Of a DNA stretch of 64,000 nucleotides, positions 1 through 9,535 are shown piece by piece. A program made the translations under genes and the position numbers. The stretch's first letter is position 1; the number at the start of each line of letters is the position of its first letter. Source of the stretch: Candidatus Dormiibacterota bacterium (GTDB taxonomy: Bacteria > Chloroflexota > Dormibacteria > CF-121); NCBI GenBank assembly GCA_036732165.1, contig DAINCX010000002.1, positions 8,462 to 72,461 of the forward strand. The letters run 5' to 3'. The notes under the pieces are model-generated. The model saw nothing but the letters and a program-made list of their open reading frames with translations, had not been told where the DNA came from and searched no databases.

Positions 1-1050
1 CAGGGAAGCGCTGATCCCGGGGGTGAACATGAACAGGGTCATGCCGAGAATCCAGAAGCCTGGCAGGATGAGATCGCCGCGAACCCGCCGGCTCAGCAGC
101 CCCACGACGATGAGCACGGTCGCGGCGAGGTGTGACAGGACGAGAAACCCGAAGGGGTCGCCGACGTCGAGCACGGAGCGCACGACGGCGAGCGCCAACG
201 GATGGCTTCGCATCAGTGCGATCAGGTAGGCGAGGTAGGGGGCCTGCATCAGGGCCGTCGCGATGGCGAAGAGCCCCGGCCGGCGGAGGCGACGGGTCGC
301 CGACCAGGCCGCGATCGTCAGAACCGCCAACAGCGCGAGCTGCGGATAGATCAGCTGGAGTCCCACCACGGCCGCAAGCCCCGTTCCGAACAGCACCCAG
401 GTCGTCCCGCGGCGCATCCGCAGCGCTGCAACGAAGGTGGCGCACATCAAGGCCATGGCCAGGGGAAGATGGGGCGCCATCGCCACCAGGTCCGCGACGC
501 TGCTCCCGGGAGACAGCGTCTCGGTCGCGCGCCAGGTCAGCGGCCCAAGGTGAATCGACGGCACCAGCAGGCCGATCCCGCCCCCAACCGCGGCGAGGAT
601 GAAGGCCCAGCGGCGCAGGATGACCGGTCGATAGAGTTCCGCGGCCAGCGCATAGATCGCAGCGCCCAGCGCCCCGGCCGCCAACAGCCGGGTCGCGTGA
701 TAGAGCCAGGCCGAGGGTAGGCCCCCCAGCAGGTGCCCACCCCACAGGTACCACGGATAAAGCAGCACGCCCGGGAGCGGCTCAGCGGTATACCGCGAGC
801 GAAAAAGCCAGTCGCCGCTGGCCCCCGCATGCCAGAGCGCCTGGTACACGTAGGCGTCCCTGGCGATGACGACGTAGCCGGGAAACACCTCGCCGGCGGG
901 CACCTGGAGTGCCGCGATCACGATCGGGGGAACGGTCGCGAGCAACAGGATGCCCCCGACGAGGGCAAGCCAGCGCCACTCAGCCGGGCTGATCCGCGCG
1001 CGCGGCCTGCGCAGGGGCGGTGTGATCGCGACCGGGCGGGGCAGCGCCAT
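1..1050 (-). CDS. Polytopic membrane protein, GT-C-like (3'-truncated by the window edge)
   Basis: By manual translation the minus frame is open from the ATG at 1048-1050 down to nt 1, 350 codons with no stop. It is absent from the ORF track because its stop lies outside the window. The translation MALPRPVAITPPLRRPRARISPAEWRWLALVGGILLLATVPPIVIAALQV...LLYPWYLWGGHLLGG is highly hydrophobic. The plus-strand ORFs here (23-1167) are antisense artefacts. Confidence 0.55.
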   Translation of the reverse strand, partial: MALPRPVAITPPLRRPRARISPAEWRWLALVGGILLLATVPPIVIAALQVPAGEVFPGYVVIARDAYVYQALWHAGASGDWLFRSRYTAEPLPGVLLYPWYLWGGHLLGGLPSAWLYHATRLLAAGALGAAIYALAAELYRPVILRRWAFILAAVGGGIGLLVPSIHLGPLTWRATETLSPGSSVADLVAMAPHLPLAMALMCATFVAALRMRRGTTWVLFGTGLAAVVGLQLIYPQLALLAVLTIAAWSATRRLRRPGLFAIATALMQAPYLAYLIALMRSHPLALAVVRSVLDVGDPFGFLVLSHLAATVLIVVGLLSRRVRGDLILPGFWILGMTLFMFTPGISASL

Positions 1051-1210
1051 CAGGCGGCGGGCTCGAGCGACCGGCTCCCGAAGGTTGTACGGATCTTCGT
1101 ATCACGCAGCGTGGCCAGCCACAGATGGGCCGCCAGGGGCGGAGCAGGACCCATGACGCCGGTGTAACGGCGAGTGTGAGAAACCCCTTCTCCCGGCCGT
1201 TATAGGCCCA

Positions 1211-2449
1211 GTGTCGACCGGTCCCTCAGCCCTTTCGGCCGCTTCGGCGGCCCCGGCCCGCGGGAAGGTCAGAGTCTGGTTGCTGGCGCAAGCTGCCCTG
1301 GTGGCGGCGGCCGTGACCCTCTACCTGCTCGTCCTGGGCCAGGCAGCCGGGCGCCATGAAGACTTCACCGCCTACCTGACCGCCGCGCGGGATCTGTGGC
1401 AGGGCCACCCCCTCTACGCCACCTTCCTGCACCATCCATTCCCCGATGCGACACTCCGACCGGCGTTCATCTATCCGCCAGCCTTTGCGGTCCTGATGGC
1501 CCCATTCGGCCTCATCCCCGCGACGGCGGGCGCGGCCCTTTGGCTCCTCCTCTGCCAGGCGGCGCTGATTGGCAGCCTGGTGCTCGTCCTGTGGGCCGAG
1601 CGCCCCAGCCGCTGGGCCGCGGTGGTCCTGCTCTGCGCGACCTTCACCTTCTATCCCCTCTGGGTCGATGCCATCCAGGGACAGGCGAACCTGCCCATCC
1701 TCCTCCTGGTTACCGCCGGAATCATTGGAACCGTCCGGGGGCGGCCGTCCTGGGCGGCCGCGATCGGCGTGGCAGCCGCGCTGAAGCTGACCCCCCTGCT
1801 CCTGCTCGGCTGGTTGCTCGTCGAGCGCCGCTACCGTGAAGTCGCCTTCATGCTCGGTGGCTTCGCCCTGGTCACCATCACCGGGGCGCTGCTTCGTCTC
1901 GACGACAGCGTGGCCTTCTTCACCCAGGTGCTTCCAGCCCTCGCGCGAGGGACCGCCTTTTACGGCAATCACTCGCTCGCCGGCTTTTTTGCCCGAATCC
2001 TTTCGCGCAACCCCTACACCGATCCGTGGGTCTCGATCCCCTTCGAGAGTGTGGTCGCGGCCGCCGCTGCCGTCTCCTTATGCGCCTGGTGGGTGTGGCA
2101 GGGTCGGAGGGACCGGGCGCTTGCCGGCGCCATGGCCTTCCTTCCGCTGCTCCCCCTGATCTCCACCGTGACCTGGTCTCATCACCTCGTCATCCTGCTG
2201 CCCGTGATCTGGGTCAGCATCATCAGCGTCGCCCGGCGGAACTGGCCGTTCCGTCCCACCCTGACGCTGGCGGCCATCGCGCTGCTGATGAGCCTGCTGG
2301 CGCGCTGGCCGGTCGAGCCGGTCTTCGGCCAGCCCGGGTTTCGTGCAGCCCAGACCATGGATCCCGTGGTCTTCATCGTCGTCAACAGCCTGTCGATTGG
2401 AACCGTCCTCCTCTTCATCACGGCACCATGGCTACTCCGCTCGCGGTGA
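1211..2449 (+). CDS. DUF2029/GT87-like polyprenol-phosphate-sugar-dependent membrane glycosyltransferase
   Basis: 412 aa, multi-TM, with a central KLTPLLLLGW segment and NHS..G / WSHHL motifs as in GT87/DUF2029 enzymes. It is divergent from the upstream membrane gene. Confidence 0.55.
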   Translation: MSTGPSALSAASAAPARGKVRVWLLAQAALVAAAVTLYLLVLGQAAGRHEDFTAYLTAARDLWQGHPLYATFLHHPFPDATLRPAFIYPPAFAVLMAPFGLIPATAGAALWLLLCQAALIGSLVLVLWAERPSRWAAVVLLCATFTFYPLWVDAIQGQANLPILLLVTAGIIGTVRGRPSWAAAIGVAAALKLTPLLLLGWLLVERRYREVAFMLGGFALVTITGALLRLDDSVAFFTQVLPALARGTAFYGNHSLAGFFARILSRNPYTDPWVSIPFESVVAAAAAVSLCAWWVWQGRRDRALAGAMAFLPLLPLISTVTWSHHLVILLPVIWVSIISVARRNWPFRPTLTLAAIALLMSLLARWPVEPVFGQPGFRAAQTMDPVVFIVVNSLSIGTVLLFITAPWLLRSR

Positions 2450-4062
2450 ACCGGCCGTCCCTGAGGACGGACCGCGCGCCCCGGCTCGCCCTCGGGTTTC
2501 CGCTCCTCGTTGGCGCGGCCATCGCGTCGCTCTCCCTCCTGCCCTACCTGCTGGCATACACGATGACGCCACCCGGTCACCATTTCGCGGGGTTCTTCTT
2601 CATCGCGGATGACGCGACGACCTACCTCGCGAAGATGCGGCAGGGAGCGGCCGGGGCCTGGACGTGGAACGACCCCTACACCAGCGAGCCGCACGGCGGT
2701 GTCTTCCTCTTCGGGTTCTACCTGCTCCTGGGCCACCTCGGGGGGCTGCTGCACCTGCCGCTGATCGCCGTCTACCACCTGGCGCGGATCAGCGGAGCGA
2801 TCGCCCTGGTCCTTACGGTCGACCAGCTCAGCCGCCGGCTCCTGGGCCCCCCACTGCGTCATCTGGCGCTCACGCTGGTCGTGCTGGGATCCGGGTTCGG
2901 GTTCGTCGCGCAGCTCCTCGGCAATCCCTCGGTGCTTGGTCACCAGCTGGAGGCGCTCGACCTGCACCTCCCGGAGTTGACCGGGTTCTACTCCATCCTC
3001 GCCATCCCGCACTTTGCCTGGGCGACGGCCCTGATCGTGGCCTCGTTCATCGGCCTGCTCCGCCTCGCCGAGGAGGCCGACTGGCGGGTGATCCTGACGA
3101 CCGGACTGACGATGACCGCGCTCACCGCAATCCATCCGCAAATGATTCCGGTGATCGTCCTCGTGTGGCTGGCCTATCGCGCCGTCCTTTACGCCTGGGG
3201 GGATCGGCCGCGCTGGCGCAACCTCGGAGCCGAAGTCGCGGCCTTCACCGTCACCACGCCCCTGCTCGCCTACAACGCATGGATCCTCTATCGAGACCCC
3301 ACCATCGCGGAGTGGGCACGCCAGTGGCGGCACCAGGCACCCGCGCCCTTGAGCCTCGCGCTCAGCCTGGGCCTTCCGCTGCTCGCCGCCATGGTCGGCA
3401 TGGTCGTGGCCTGGCGCTGCCGCGATCGCGGACTGGCGCTGGTCATGGTCTGGCCCCCGCTCGTGATCCTGCTGCTCTATGCGCCGAACCTGGCGAATAT
3501 CCAGCGTCGCCTGCTGGACGCCGTCTACGTGCCCCTCGGCATCCTCGCCGCCGTCGGACTGCGCGCCGTCACCGCGCGCCTTCGCCCGAGCCGGGCCAGG
3601 CGGGTCGAGCGCTTGCTGATGCCCGCCTTCTGCTTTTCATCGGCCATCGTGCTGGCGATCGCGCTTCGTTTTGCCTCCGGCGCCTTCCCCGAGGCCTATG
3701 TGGCCAACGACGCCTGGCAAGCGATGCAATGGCTCTCCGACCACCACCGTGCGGATGACCGCGTCCTGTCCTCACCGCAGGCCGGCCTGCTCATTCCCGC
3801 GCACAGTGGTGTGCCCGTCTACGTCGGCCACTACAGCGAGACGCTCGATTACTTCACAAAAATCAAGAACGTCGGCAACATCCTGCGGCCGAGCCTGCCG
3901 GACTGGCAGGTTCGTTCCTTCCTCAAGACAAACGGCATCACCATCCTCTATTGGGGTCCCGACGAAAACCGCGCCATGGCGTTCAACCCGCAGGCTCACC
4001 CTTACCTCCAGCAGATTTACCAGGGCGGCACGGTCGCGATCTACCGCCTGGTCCCGAACTAG
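2428..4062 (+). CDS. GT-C-fold integral membrane protein (PMT_2/ArnT-like)
   Basis: The start was trimmed to the ATG at 2428 (MATPLAVNR...), overlapping the upstream stop; the upstream part of ORF 2026-4062 reads through the previous gene in another frame. It has more than 10 predicted TM segments, an N-terminal DD motif (FFFIADDATTY) and a soluble C-terminal domain ending ...ILYWGPDE. Confidence 0.5.
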   Translation: MATPLAVNRPSLRTDRAPRLALGFPLLVGAAIASLSLLPYLLAYTMTPPGHHFAGFFFIADDATTYLAKMRQGAAGAWTWNDPYTSEPHGGVFLFGFYLLLGHLGGLLHLPLIAVYHLARISGAIALVLTVDQLSRRLLGPPLRHLALTLVVLGSGFGFVAQLLGNPSVLGHQLEALDLHLPELTGFYSILAIPHFAWATALIVASFIGLLRLAEEADWRVILTTGLTMTALTAIHPQMIPVIVLVWLAYRAVLYAWGDRPRWRNLGAEVAAFTVTTPLLAYNAWILYRDPTIAEWARQWRHQAPAPLSLALSLGLPLLAAMVGMVVAWRCRDRGLALVMVWPPLVILLLYAPNLANIQRRLLDAVYVPLGILAAVGLRAVTARLRPSRARRVERLLMPAFCFSSAIVLAIALRFASGAFPEAYVANDAWQAMQWLSDHHRADDRVLSSPQAGLLIPAHSGVPVYVGHYSETLDYFTKIKNVGNILRPSLPDWQVRSFLKTNGITILYWGPDENRAMAFNPQAHPYLQQIYQGGTVAIYRLVPN

Positions 4063-4063
4063 C

Positions 4064-5674
4064 ATGGCGATTCGCAACCTGTCGGAACCGATCCTGGGCC
4101 CGGCGCCGAGACGGCCGACGCCGTCGCCCGTGGTGGTCGTCCGCAACCTCTTGATCGGCATCTTCTTGACGCTGGCCACGACGCGCTACCTGGTCGCACC
4201 CCTGGACCGCTTCGACGAGGGGGTGACCCTGACCAAGGCGGCGATGGCCGCCCAAGGCCGGGTGCCGTACCGCGACTTCTGGAACACCTACGGCGCCCTC
4301 GACATTTACATGCTGGCAGCCGCCTTCAGGTTGATTACCGTCAACGTGATGGTGGCGCGGGTCCTGGGGGCGCTGGTCATGGTGCTCATTGGCGTGGTCG
4401 CCTACACGTTGCTGCGATACCTCGGCCTGCGCCAACCAATTCGATTCCTCATGACCGGCCTGATCACGTTGGCCCCCCTGTCGCTCGCAACCTTCAATAC
4501 GCCCTTCCTCACGATTCTGCTCGGGCTCGCCGGCCTGCTCGTTTTCATGATCAGTCTCGACCGGCAGGAACTCCGATGGCCGATTGCCGCCGGTTGCCTG
4601 GTCGGCGTCGTCGCTTTTTGCAGGCCCGAGTTCGCCATCGCGTTAGGCGCGGGCCTGGGGATGGGCTACCTCGTCCTCGCCACCCATCGCTCGAGCTCGC
4701 GGCGGACGCCGCTCCTCGTCTACGTGGCCGCCACGGTGGTGACCGGGTCGCTGCTCTGGGGGACCATGATCGTGCTGGCCGGCTTCCCGGCAATCTGGTT
4801 CGACCTCGTCATTCATGCCGTGAGCCTGTATGCCCGCGGTCGACGCATCCCGATCGGCCAGGGGCATGAAGGGCCGGCGGTGGCCATTCTCGGCGGCGCC
4901 TTCGTCCTGGTCTGGTTCTTCGGAGCACTGCGCGCCTACCGGCAGCGGTACGACGCCGGCGAACTGGCTCGGCTGACGACCTTACTGGTGGCCGGGGTAC
5001 TGGCCTTTGCCTGGGTCTGGACTCGGGCGGACGGGATCCATGCCATGGCGGCCTGGCCGGTGACCGGCGTGCTCTTGGCCCTGCTGCTCGAACGGCGCGC
5101 CCGCCGCCAGCCGGCTGCATCGCCACGGGTCGACGCGGTGGCCGTCATGACCGGCATCCTCCTCTGCTGCGCGGCCGCCGGCGCCCTTGCGCTTCGTGAT
5201 CTTGCCCAGCCGTCAGCCGCCGCGGGGATCCCCCGGGCCGGGCTGGTCGGCGAGCGCGCCTGGATGCCAACGCCACAACTGGCGGAGGTCATCCGGGAGA
5301 TCGACGCGGCTGCCCCCCCCGGCCAGCCGATCTGGGTCGGCCTCAAGCGCAATGACCTGGTGGTCTTCAACGACAACACGATCTATTTCCTCAGCGGCCG
5401 CGACCCGGGGACGATCTACGACGAAGCCTTCCCCGGGCTCACCAACACCGAGCCGATCGAGCGAACCATGGCGTGCCAGCTGGCACGCTCCGGGGTTGGC
5501 CTCGTCGTGCTCGGGCCAAACACGGTCCCGGAACCCTGGAACCTGAGCGCGGTGCCGGGATCGACCTACCTCGACCAGTGGATCGCGGGGCGCGCCCTGA
5601 GCCGGACGGCGATCGGTCCGTACGAGCTCGTCAGGCTGAGGCCCGGTCCTGAGCCTGCCGATCAGTGTCCATAG
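4064..5674 (+). CDS. GT39/PMT_2-family membrane glycosyltransferase (ArnT / protein mannosyltransferase-like)
   Basis: The start is the ATG at 4064, one nt after the upstream TAG. The first extracytoplasmic loop has the DE motif (LDRFDEGVTLTKAAMAAQGRVPYRDFWNTYGALDIY) typical of GT-C ArnT/PMT enzymes; about 12 TM segments. Confidence 0.6.
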   Translation: MAIRNLSEPILGPAPRRPTPSPVVVVRNLLIGIFLTLATTRYLVAPLDRFDEGVTLTKAAMAAQGRVPYRDFWNTYGALDIYMLAAAFRLITVNVMVARVLGALVMVLIGVVAYTLLRYLGLRQPIRFLMTGLITLAPLSLATFNTPFLTILLGLAGLLVFMISLDRQELRWPIAAGCLVGVVAFCRPEFAIALGAGLGMGYLVLATHRSSSRRTPLLVYVAATVVTGSLLWGTMIVLAGFPAIWFDLVIHAVSLYARGRRIPIGQGHEGPAVAILGGAFVLVWFFGALRAYRQRYDAGELARLTTLLVAGVLAFAWVWTRADGIHAMAAWPVTGVLLALLLERRARRQPAASPRVDAVAVMTGILLCCAAAGALALRDLAQPSAAAGIPRAGLVGERAWMPTPQLAEVIREIDAAAPPGQPIWVGLKRNDLVVFNDNTIYFLSGRDPGTIYDEAFPGLTNTEPIERTMACQLARSGVGLVVLGPNTVPEPWNLSAVPGSTYLDQWIAGRALSRTAIGPYELVRLRPGPEPADQCP

Positions 5675-6392
5675 TCGGGTGCCGCCGTACCCGGCCCGGG
5701 ATCGCCAGTAACTCGATGAACATCGCGATGGAATCCCGAACCGGGTGCACGCGGCTCTGCGGCGAATTCACCCAGCGGGTGGGCACTTCGACGATCCGGT
5801 AGCCGGCAACCTTGGCGCGGTACAGCACCTCGACGTCGAAGCCGAAGCCATGCGTCTGCAACGAGGGAAAGACTCGCTCCGCCACCTCCGCCGTGAACGC
5901 CTTGAAGCCGCACTGCGTATCATGGACTCCCCCGAGCACAAACGTCCGGACGAGGCGGTTGAAGATCTTTCCCATCGTTTCGCGATACCAGGGTTGATGG
6001 AGCTCGATCTCGGAGTCCTTCAAGCCCCGCGAGGCGATCGCCACGCCGGCTCCTTCGCGAAGAGGCCGAAGCAGCTTCTCGAGATCATCGATGGGCACGC
6101 TCAGGTCCGCGTCGCTGAAGACCCGGTAACGGCCGGTGGCGGTCGCCATGCCCAGCCGAACCGCGCCACCCTTCCCGCCGTTGCGACCAGCCTGGACGAG
6201 CCGCAGCACCGGCCACCGGAGCGCGCGTTGCCTGACGACCTCCGCCGTGTCATCGCGGCTGCCGTCATCGACGACGATGACCTCCACCGTGAACCGCTGG
6301 CTGCTGACGAACCGTTCGATGTGGTCGAAGGTTCCCGGAAGGCGGAGCGCTTCGTTAAAGGCCGGGATCACGATCGAGATCTCAGGACTCAT
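5631..6392 (-). CDS. GT2 polyprenol-phosphate sugar synthase (Dpm1/GtrB/Ppm-like)
   Basis: MSPEISIVIPAFNE...VVDDGSRDDT...DADLS...QCGFKAF: the GT2 DxD and QxxRW-type core found in dolichol/undecaprenol-phosphate mannose or glucose synthases. The start was trimmed to the ATG at 6390-6392, which forms an ATGA overlap with the upstream gene. Confidence 0.8.
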   Translation of the reverse strand: MSPEISIVIPAFNEALRLPGTFDHIERFVSSQRFTVEVIVVDDGSRDDTAEVVRQRALRWPVLRLVQAGRNGGKGGAVRLGMATATGRYRVFSDADLSVPIDDLEKLLRPLREGAGVAIASRGLKDSEIELHQPWYRETMGKIFNRLVRTFVLGGVHDTQCGFKAFTAEVAERVFPSLQTHGFGFDVEVLYRAKVAGYRIVEVPTRWVNSPQSRVHPVRDSIAMFIELLAIPGRVRRHPTMDTDRQAQDRASA

Positions 6393-7102
6393 GCCGCCTT
6401 CCCCACATCGGACCGGAAGGCGAGCAGCTCCCGAAACGCCCGCAGCACGACCCGGGGGTTCGCCCCGGTTTGCTTGCCCGAGGTCCGCGGATAATGATGT
6501 ACCGCCACCTCCACGATCCGGGCACGCTGACGGCGGGCGAGTACGAACACCTCGGTATTGATCAACGCCCCGTTGGAGCGCAGGTCCATCCGGTTCAACA
6601 TATCCCGCCGGAGCAGCTTGAAAGCGCAGTTGACATCCCGCACCTGGCGGCCAAAAAACAGCCGGACGAGGGAGAAGAAGGCCCAGGCGTTGAGCCGCCG
6701 TGGCAGGGGATCGCGCCGCTCTTTCCGGTAGCCGGTCACGATATCCGCCTCGCCGGCATGCCGGAGCAATAACCCCAGCTCGGCCGGATCGAACTGGTTG
6801 TCGGCGTCCATCATGAAGACCCAGGGAAGGCGAGCCGCCTGAAAGCCCGATCGAACCGCCGCCCCGTATCCGCGATTGTGGGGGTGGCGCATCACGCGAA
6901 GGGTTGGATAGGCCGCCTTGAGTCGCTCGAGCAGCGCGGCGGAGCCATCCTGGCTCCCGTCGTCGACGACGATGATCTCTGAGGCACGCGCGCATGCCGC
7001 CAGCGCCTGGGCGGTCCGCTCGACGACCTCTTCGAGGTTCGCCTCCTCGTTGTAGGCGGGCAACACCGCGCTGATCTCCATCGTCGGCGTAACGGTGCTC
7101 AT
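6389..7102 (-). CDS. GT2 polyprenol-phosphate sugar synthase (second paralog)
   Basis: MSTVTPTMEISAVLPAYNEE...IVVDDGSQDGS...MMDADNQ...NCAFKLL. The start was trimmed to the ATG at 7100-7102, overlapping (ATGA) the stop of the upstream membrane gene. Confidence 0.8.
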   Translation of the reverse strand: MSTVTPTMEISAVLPAYNEEANLEEVVERTAQALAACARASEIIVVDDGSQDGSAALLERLKAAYPTLRVMRHPHNRGYGAAVRSGFQAARLPWVFMMDADNQFDPAELGLLLRHAGEADIVTGYRKERRDPLPRRLNAWAFFSLVRLFFGRQVRDVNCAFKLLRRDMLNRMDLRSNGALINTEVFVLARRQRARIVEVAVHHYPRTSGKQTGANPRVVLRAFRELLAFRSDVGKAA

Positions 7103-8643
7103 CGGGTCGAGCCTACACGGGTGAAGACGGTCGCGACCGGATCGCGCCGGAGCACCTGCCAGCTCGGATCCCCCGACAGCAGCGTCACGAGGGGATGACC
7201 ACTCGGCATGAGGATGGCGTCCGGCTGGTACCGGCGCACGACGTCCGGCCACGCGCCAGATAGATAGTTGACAGCCAGGTATTGGCTGAAGATGCCGGCG
7301 CCGTAGACCTCGACCCGACCGTCGATGAAGACGCGGCCGCCAGCCGGGTAGAGCCGCCAAAGCGCGTAGCCGCCATAGTCGTAGTAGTTGAAAACGCGGA
7401 TCGGTCGCTTGAGGGCCAGGAGGCTGTCAAGGGCGGCCACCGGGAGCGACGACGAGATGGCCGTCGCTTCATCCGCCGGGCGGAGCGCGGGCATCGCCCG
7501 GTAGGCCACCATGCCGAAGGCCACCGCGATCAACAGCGCCAGGTTCAGGACGCCCAGCACCGTGGAGTTCGGCCTCCCCGGACCTGGCGTCCTGGCGCGG
7601 AGCGCCGCGGCGGCCGCCGGGCGTCGCGACGCGGCCGGCAGCAGCGAGCCGGCCAGCGCGAGGAGCGCCTGGGCACACCGCCCGATCAACGGGGCGGCCC
7701 CGATCATGAAGAGCGGCATATGCCGCTGCGAGGCGAGCGCCAGGTAGAGCAGGGCCACGGCGATCAGCCATTCACTGGTCCGGGCCCGGACGCGCCCGGT
7801 GGCCAATCCCAGCAGCAGGATGAAGAGGACGCCTTCGAACAGGAGTCCCGGTAGCGAATGGAAGTCGGGGGAGGCCCACTCCTGGATGTTGTTCTGGATC
7901 AGGGGCGAGGTCAGCGTCCCCAGTGGAAAGAGGATGGTGTCGACGCCGTAGGGATTTACCAGCGCCAGGCCGAGTCCGGCCAGGATGGCCCAGGCCAGGT
8001 TGCGGAGCCGGCGGCGGGGCATCCCCGTGCCGGTCCGCCAGGCATCAATCGCTTCGCCCGCGAGAAACAGGACGCAGATGATCACCCCGACCAGGAAGCC
8101 CGAGTGCAGGTTCGCCCAGAGCCAGAGGAATGGTGGTAGCCACCAGGCGGCCAGGCGTCCGCTCCGATAGCGGACGAGTCCGCAGGTAAGGAGTCCGGCG
8201 AAGAGCAGGTTGAGCAACTGCGGCCGGGCGCCCCACGCGGTGGAGCCGGCCAGCGCCCCCACCAGCGTCAGTCCGACGGCGGCGGTGGGGTGCAGGCCAC
8301 CGGCCCGCAACAGGATGAAGAGGCAGCCGGCGCCGGCCACGACGACCGCGGCGAAGATGGCCACCAGCAGGGGAAGCCCGCCAACCCGGTACGCCAGGTA
8401 CATGCCGAGGTCGGCAAGCCACTCGTGCATGATCCAGGGATGGCCGGCCGCGCTGAAGGAGTAGACATCAACGTGAGGCCAGCCGCCCATGGCGATCATC
8501 AGCCGGCCGTTGGCCAGGTGCCACCACAGGTCGGGATCAAGCGGCGGGACCGCCGCCAGGCTGAAGAGGGCGACGAACAGGAGCACCCGAAGCACCACGG
8601 CGCTCGTCACCCGAGACAGGACTCCGTCGGCGGCGCGAATCAC
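7099..8643 (-). CDS. GT-C-like polytopic membrane protein
   Basis: 514 aa with a GTG start and an AGGA Shine-Dalgarno 4 nt upstream. The N-terminal loop carries PDLWWHLANGRLMIAMGGWPHVDVYSFSAAGHPWIMHEWL; many TM helices follow. Confidence 0.55.
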   Translation of the reverse strand: MIRAADGVLSRVTSAVVLRVLLFVALFSLAAVPPLDPDLWWHLANGRLMIAMGGWPHVDVYSFSAAGHPWIMHEWLADLGMYLAYRVGGLPLLVAIFAAVVVAGAGCLFILLRAGGLHPTAAVGLTLVGALAGSTAWGARPQLLNLLFAGLLTCGLVRYRSGRLAAWWLPPFLWLWANLHSGFLVGVIICVLFLAGEAIDAWRTGTGMPRRRLRNLAWAILAGLGLALVNPYGVDTILFPLGTLTSPLIQNNIQEWASPDFHSLPGLLFEGVLFILLLGLATGRVRARTSEWLIAVALLYLALASQRHMPLFMIGAAPLIGRCAQALLALAGSLLPAASRRPAAAAALRARTPGPGRPNSTVLGVLNLALLIAVAFGMVAYRAMPALRPADEATAISSSLPVAALDSLLALKRPIRVFNYYDYGGYALWRLYPAGGRVFIDGRVEVYGAGIFSQYLAVNYLSGAWPDVVRRYQPDAILMPSGHPLVTLLSGDPSWQVLRRDPVATVFTRVGSTR

Positions 8644-8812
8644 GATTCCTGCCGGACACCCAACCGGATGCCATGCCGGAACGGGTCCATGGGATGGGGC
8701 ACGGATACGAGCCCTCCTTGCTGATGAATGGCCTCGACGGTCGCGACTATAACGGGCCGGTCACAACGTTCCTTCATTCGCGGCGCACCACGGAGAGTGC
8801 TGTGGTCGGCAG

Positions 8813-9535
8813 TCAGCGACCCTGCGTCATGACCCGGACGACGAACTGGGGAAGGGCCAGCATCCGGCGCCAGCGCCAGGGTTGCCGGCTCAACCGGTGC
8901 AGCCACTCCAACCCGTGTTCGCGCATGAAGGGAGGCGCCCGCCGGGCCCGCCCGGAGATGAAGTCGAAGGCGCCGCCCACCCCCATCCCGACCACCGCCC
9001 CGGTTCGGCCCAGGTTGCGGGCGAGCCACGCCTCCTCGCCCGCCACGCCGTAGGCCAGGAAGACGAGTTGGGCGCCGCTTGCCCGCACTGCTGCCGTGCT
9101 GGCTTCGTCCTCCCGGGGATCGGGGGATCCACCGAAGGTGCCCGCCAGCTGGAATCCGGGCAAGGCTGCCCTGAGCGCCGCGCCCGCCCCCTCGGCCACC
9201 CCCGGCTCACCGCCCAGGAAGAAGAATCGCCAGCCTTCCGCCGCGCCTCGGGCGGCGACCGCCAGCAGAAAATCGACGCCGGTCACGCGAGCCGGCAACG
9301 GCTGCCCCAACCGCCGCGCCGCCCAGAGCACCCCTGCGCCGTCCGCCAGGCTGAGGTCGGCCTGACGCAGCACCGCGCCGTATTGCGGATCCCGCAAGGC
9401 GTGCATGATCCGCTCGGGGTTGACACTCACGACCACGCGCGGCTGCCCGATGGCCAGGGCCGCCGCCACCCAGTCGACGGCTTCCGCCTGCGTCAGGGGA
9501 TCAATCGGGACACCGAGCAGGCTGACGCGCGTCAC
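8813..9535 (-). CDS. WecB/TagA/CpsF-family (GT26) glycosyltransferase
   Basis: MTRVSLLGVPIDPLTQAEAVDWV...VVSVNPERIMHA...FFLGGEPGVAEGA. Its start overlaps the stop of the upstream GT4 gene. Confidence 0.8.
   Translation of the reverse strand: MTRVSLLGVPIDPLTQAEAVDWVAAALAIGQPRVVVSVNPERIMHALRDPQYGAVLRQADLSLADGAGVLWAARRLGQPLPARVTGVDFLLAVAARGAAEGWRFFFLGGEPGVAEGAGAALRAALPGFQLAGTFGGSPDPREDEASTAAVRASGAQLVFLAYGVAGEEAWLARNLGRTGAVVGMGVGGAFDFISGRARRAPPFMREHGLEWLHRLSRQPWRWRRMLALPQFVVRVMTQGR

Noticed and set aside
23-1167. Five plus-strand ORFs (23-229, 132-602, 202-720, 733-1167, 950-1156) with Arg/Pro-rich translations
   Set aside because: They are antisense to a continuous 350-codon minus-strand membrane-protein ORF (1-1050) that the track misses because its stop lies outside the window. 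The compositions are typical of high-GC antisense frames.
2026-2427. The upstream 134 codons of ORF 2026-4062, and similarly 3671-4063 of ORF 3671-5674
   Set aside because: These frames read through the bodies of the preceding genes in alternative frames. The conserved protein begins at Met 2428 (respectively Met 4064), immediately at the upstream stop.
8644-8812. A 169-nt gap inside the minus-strand GT operon, including ORF 8640-9029, as a possible small gene or riboswitch
   Set aside because: There is no RBS, no conserved structure I can recognise, and the ORF overlaps tagA. It is most likely an internal promoter or spacer, and I cannot support a feature.
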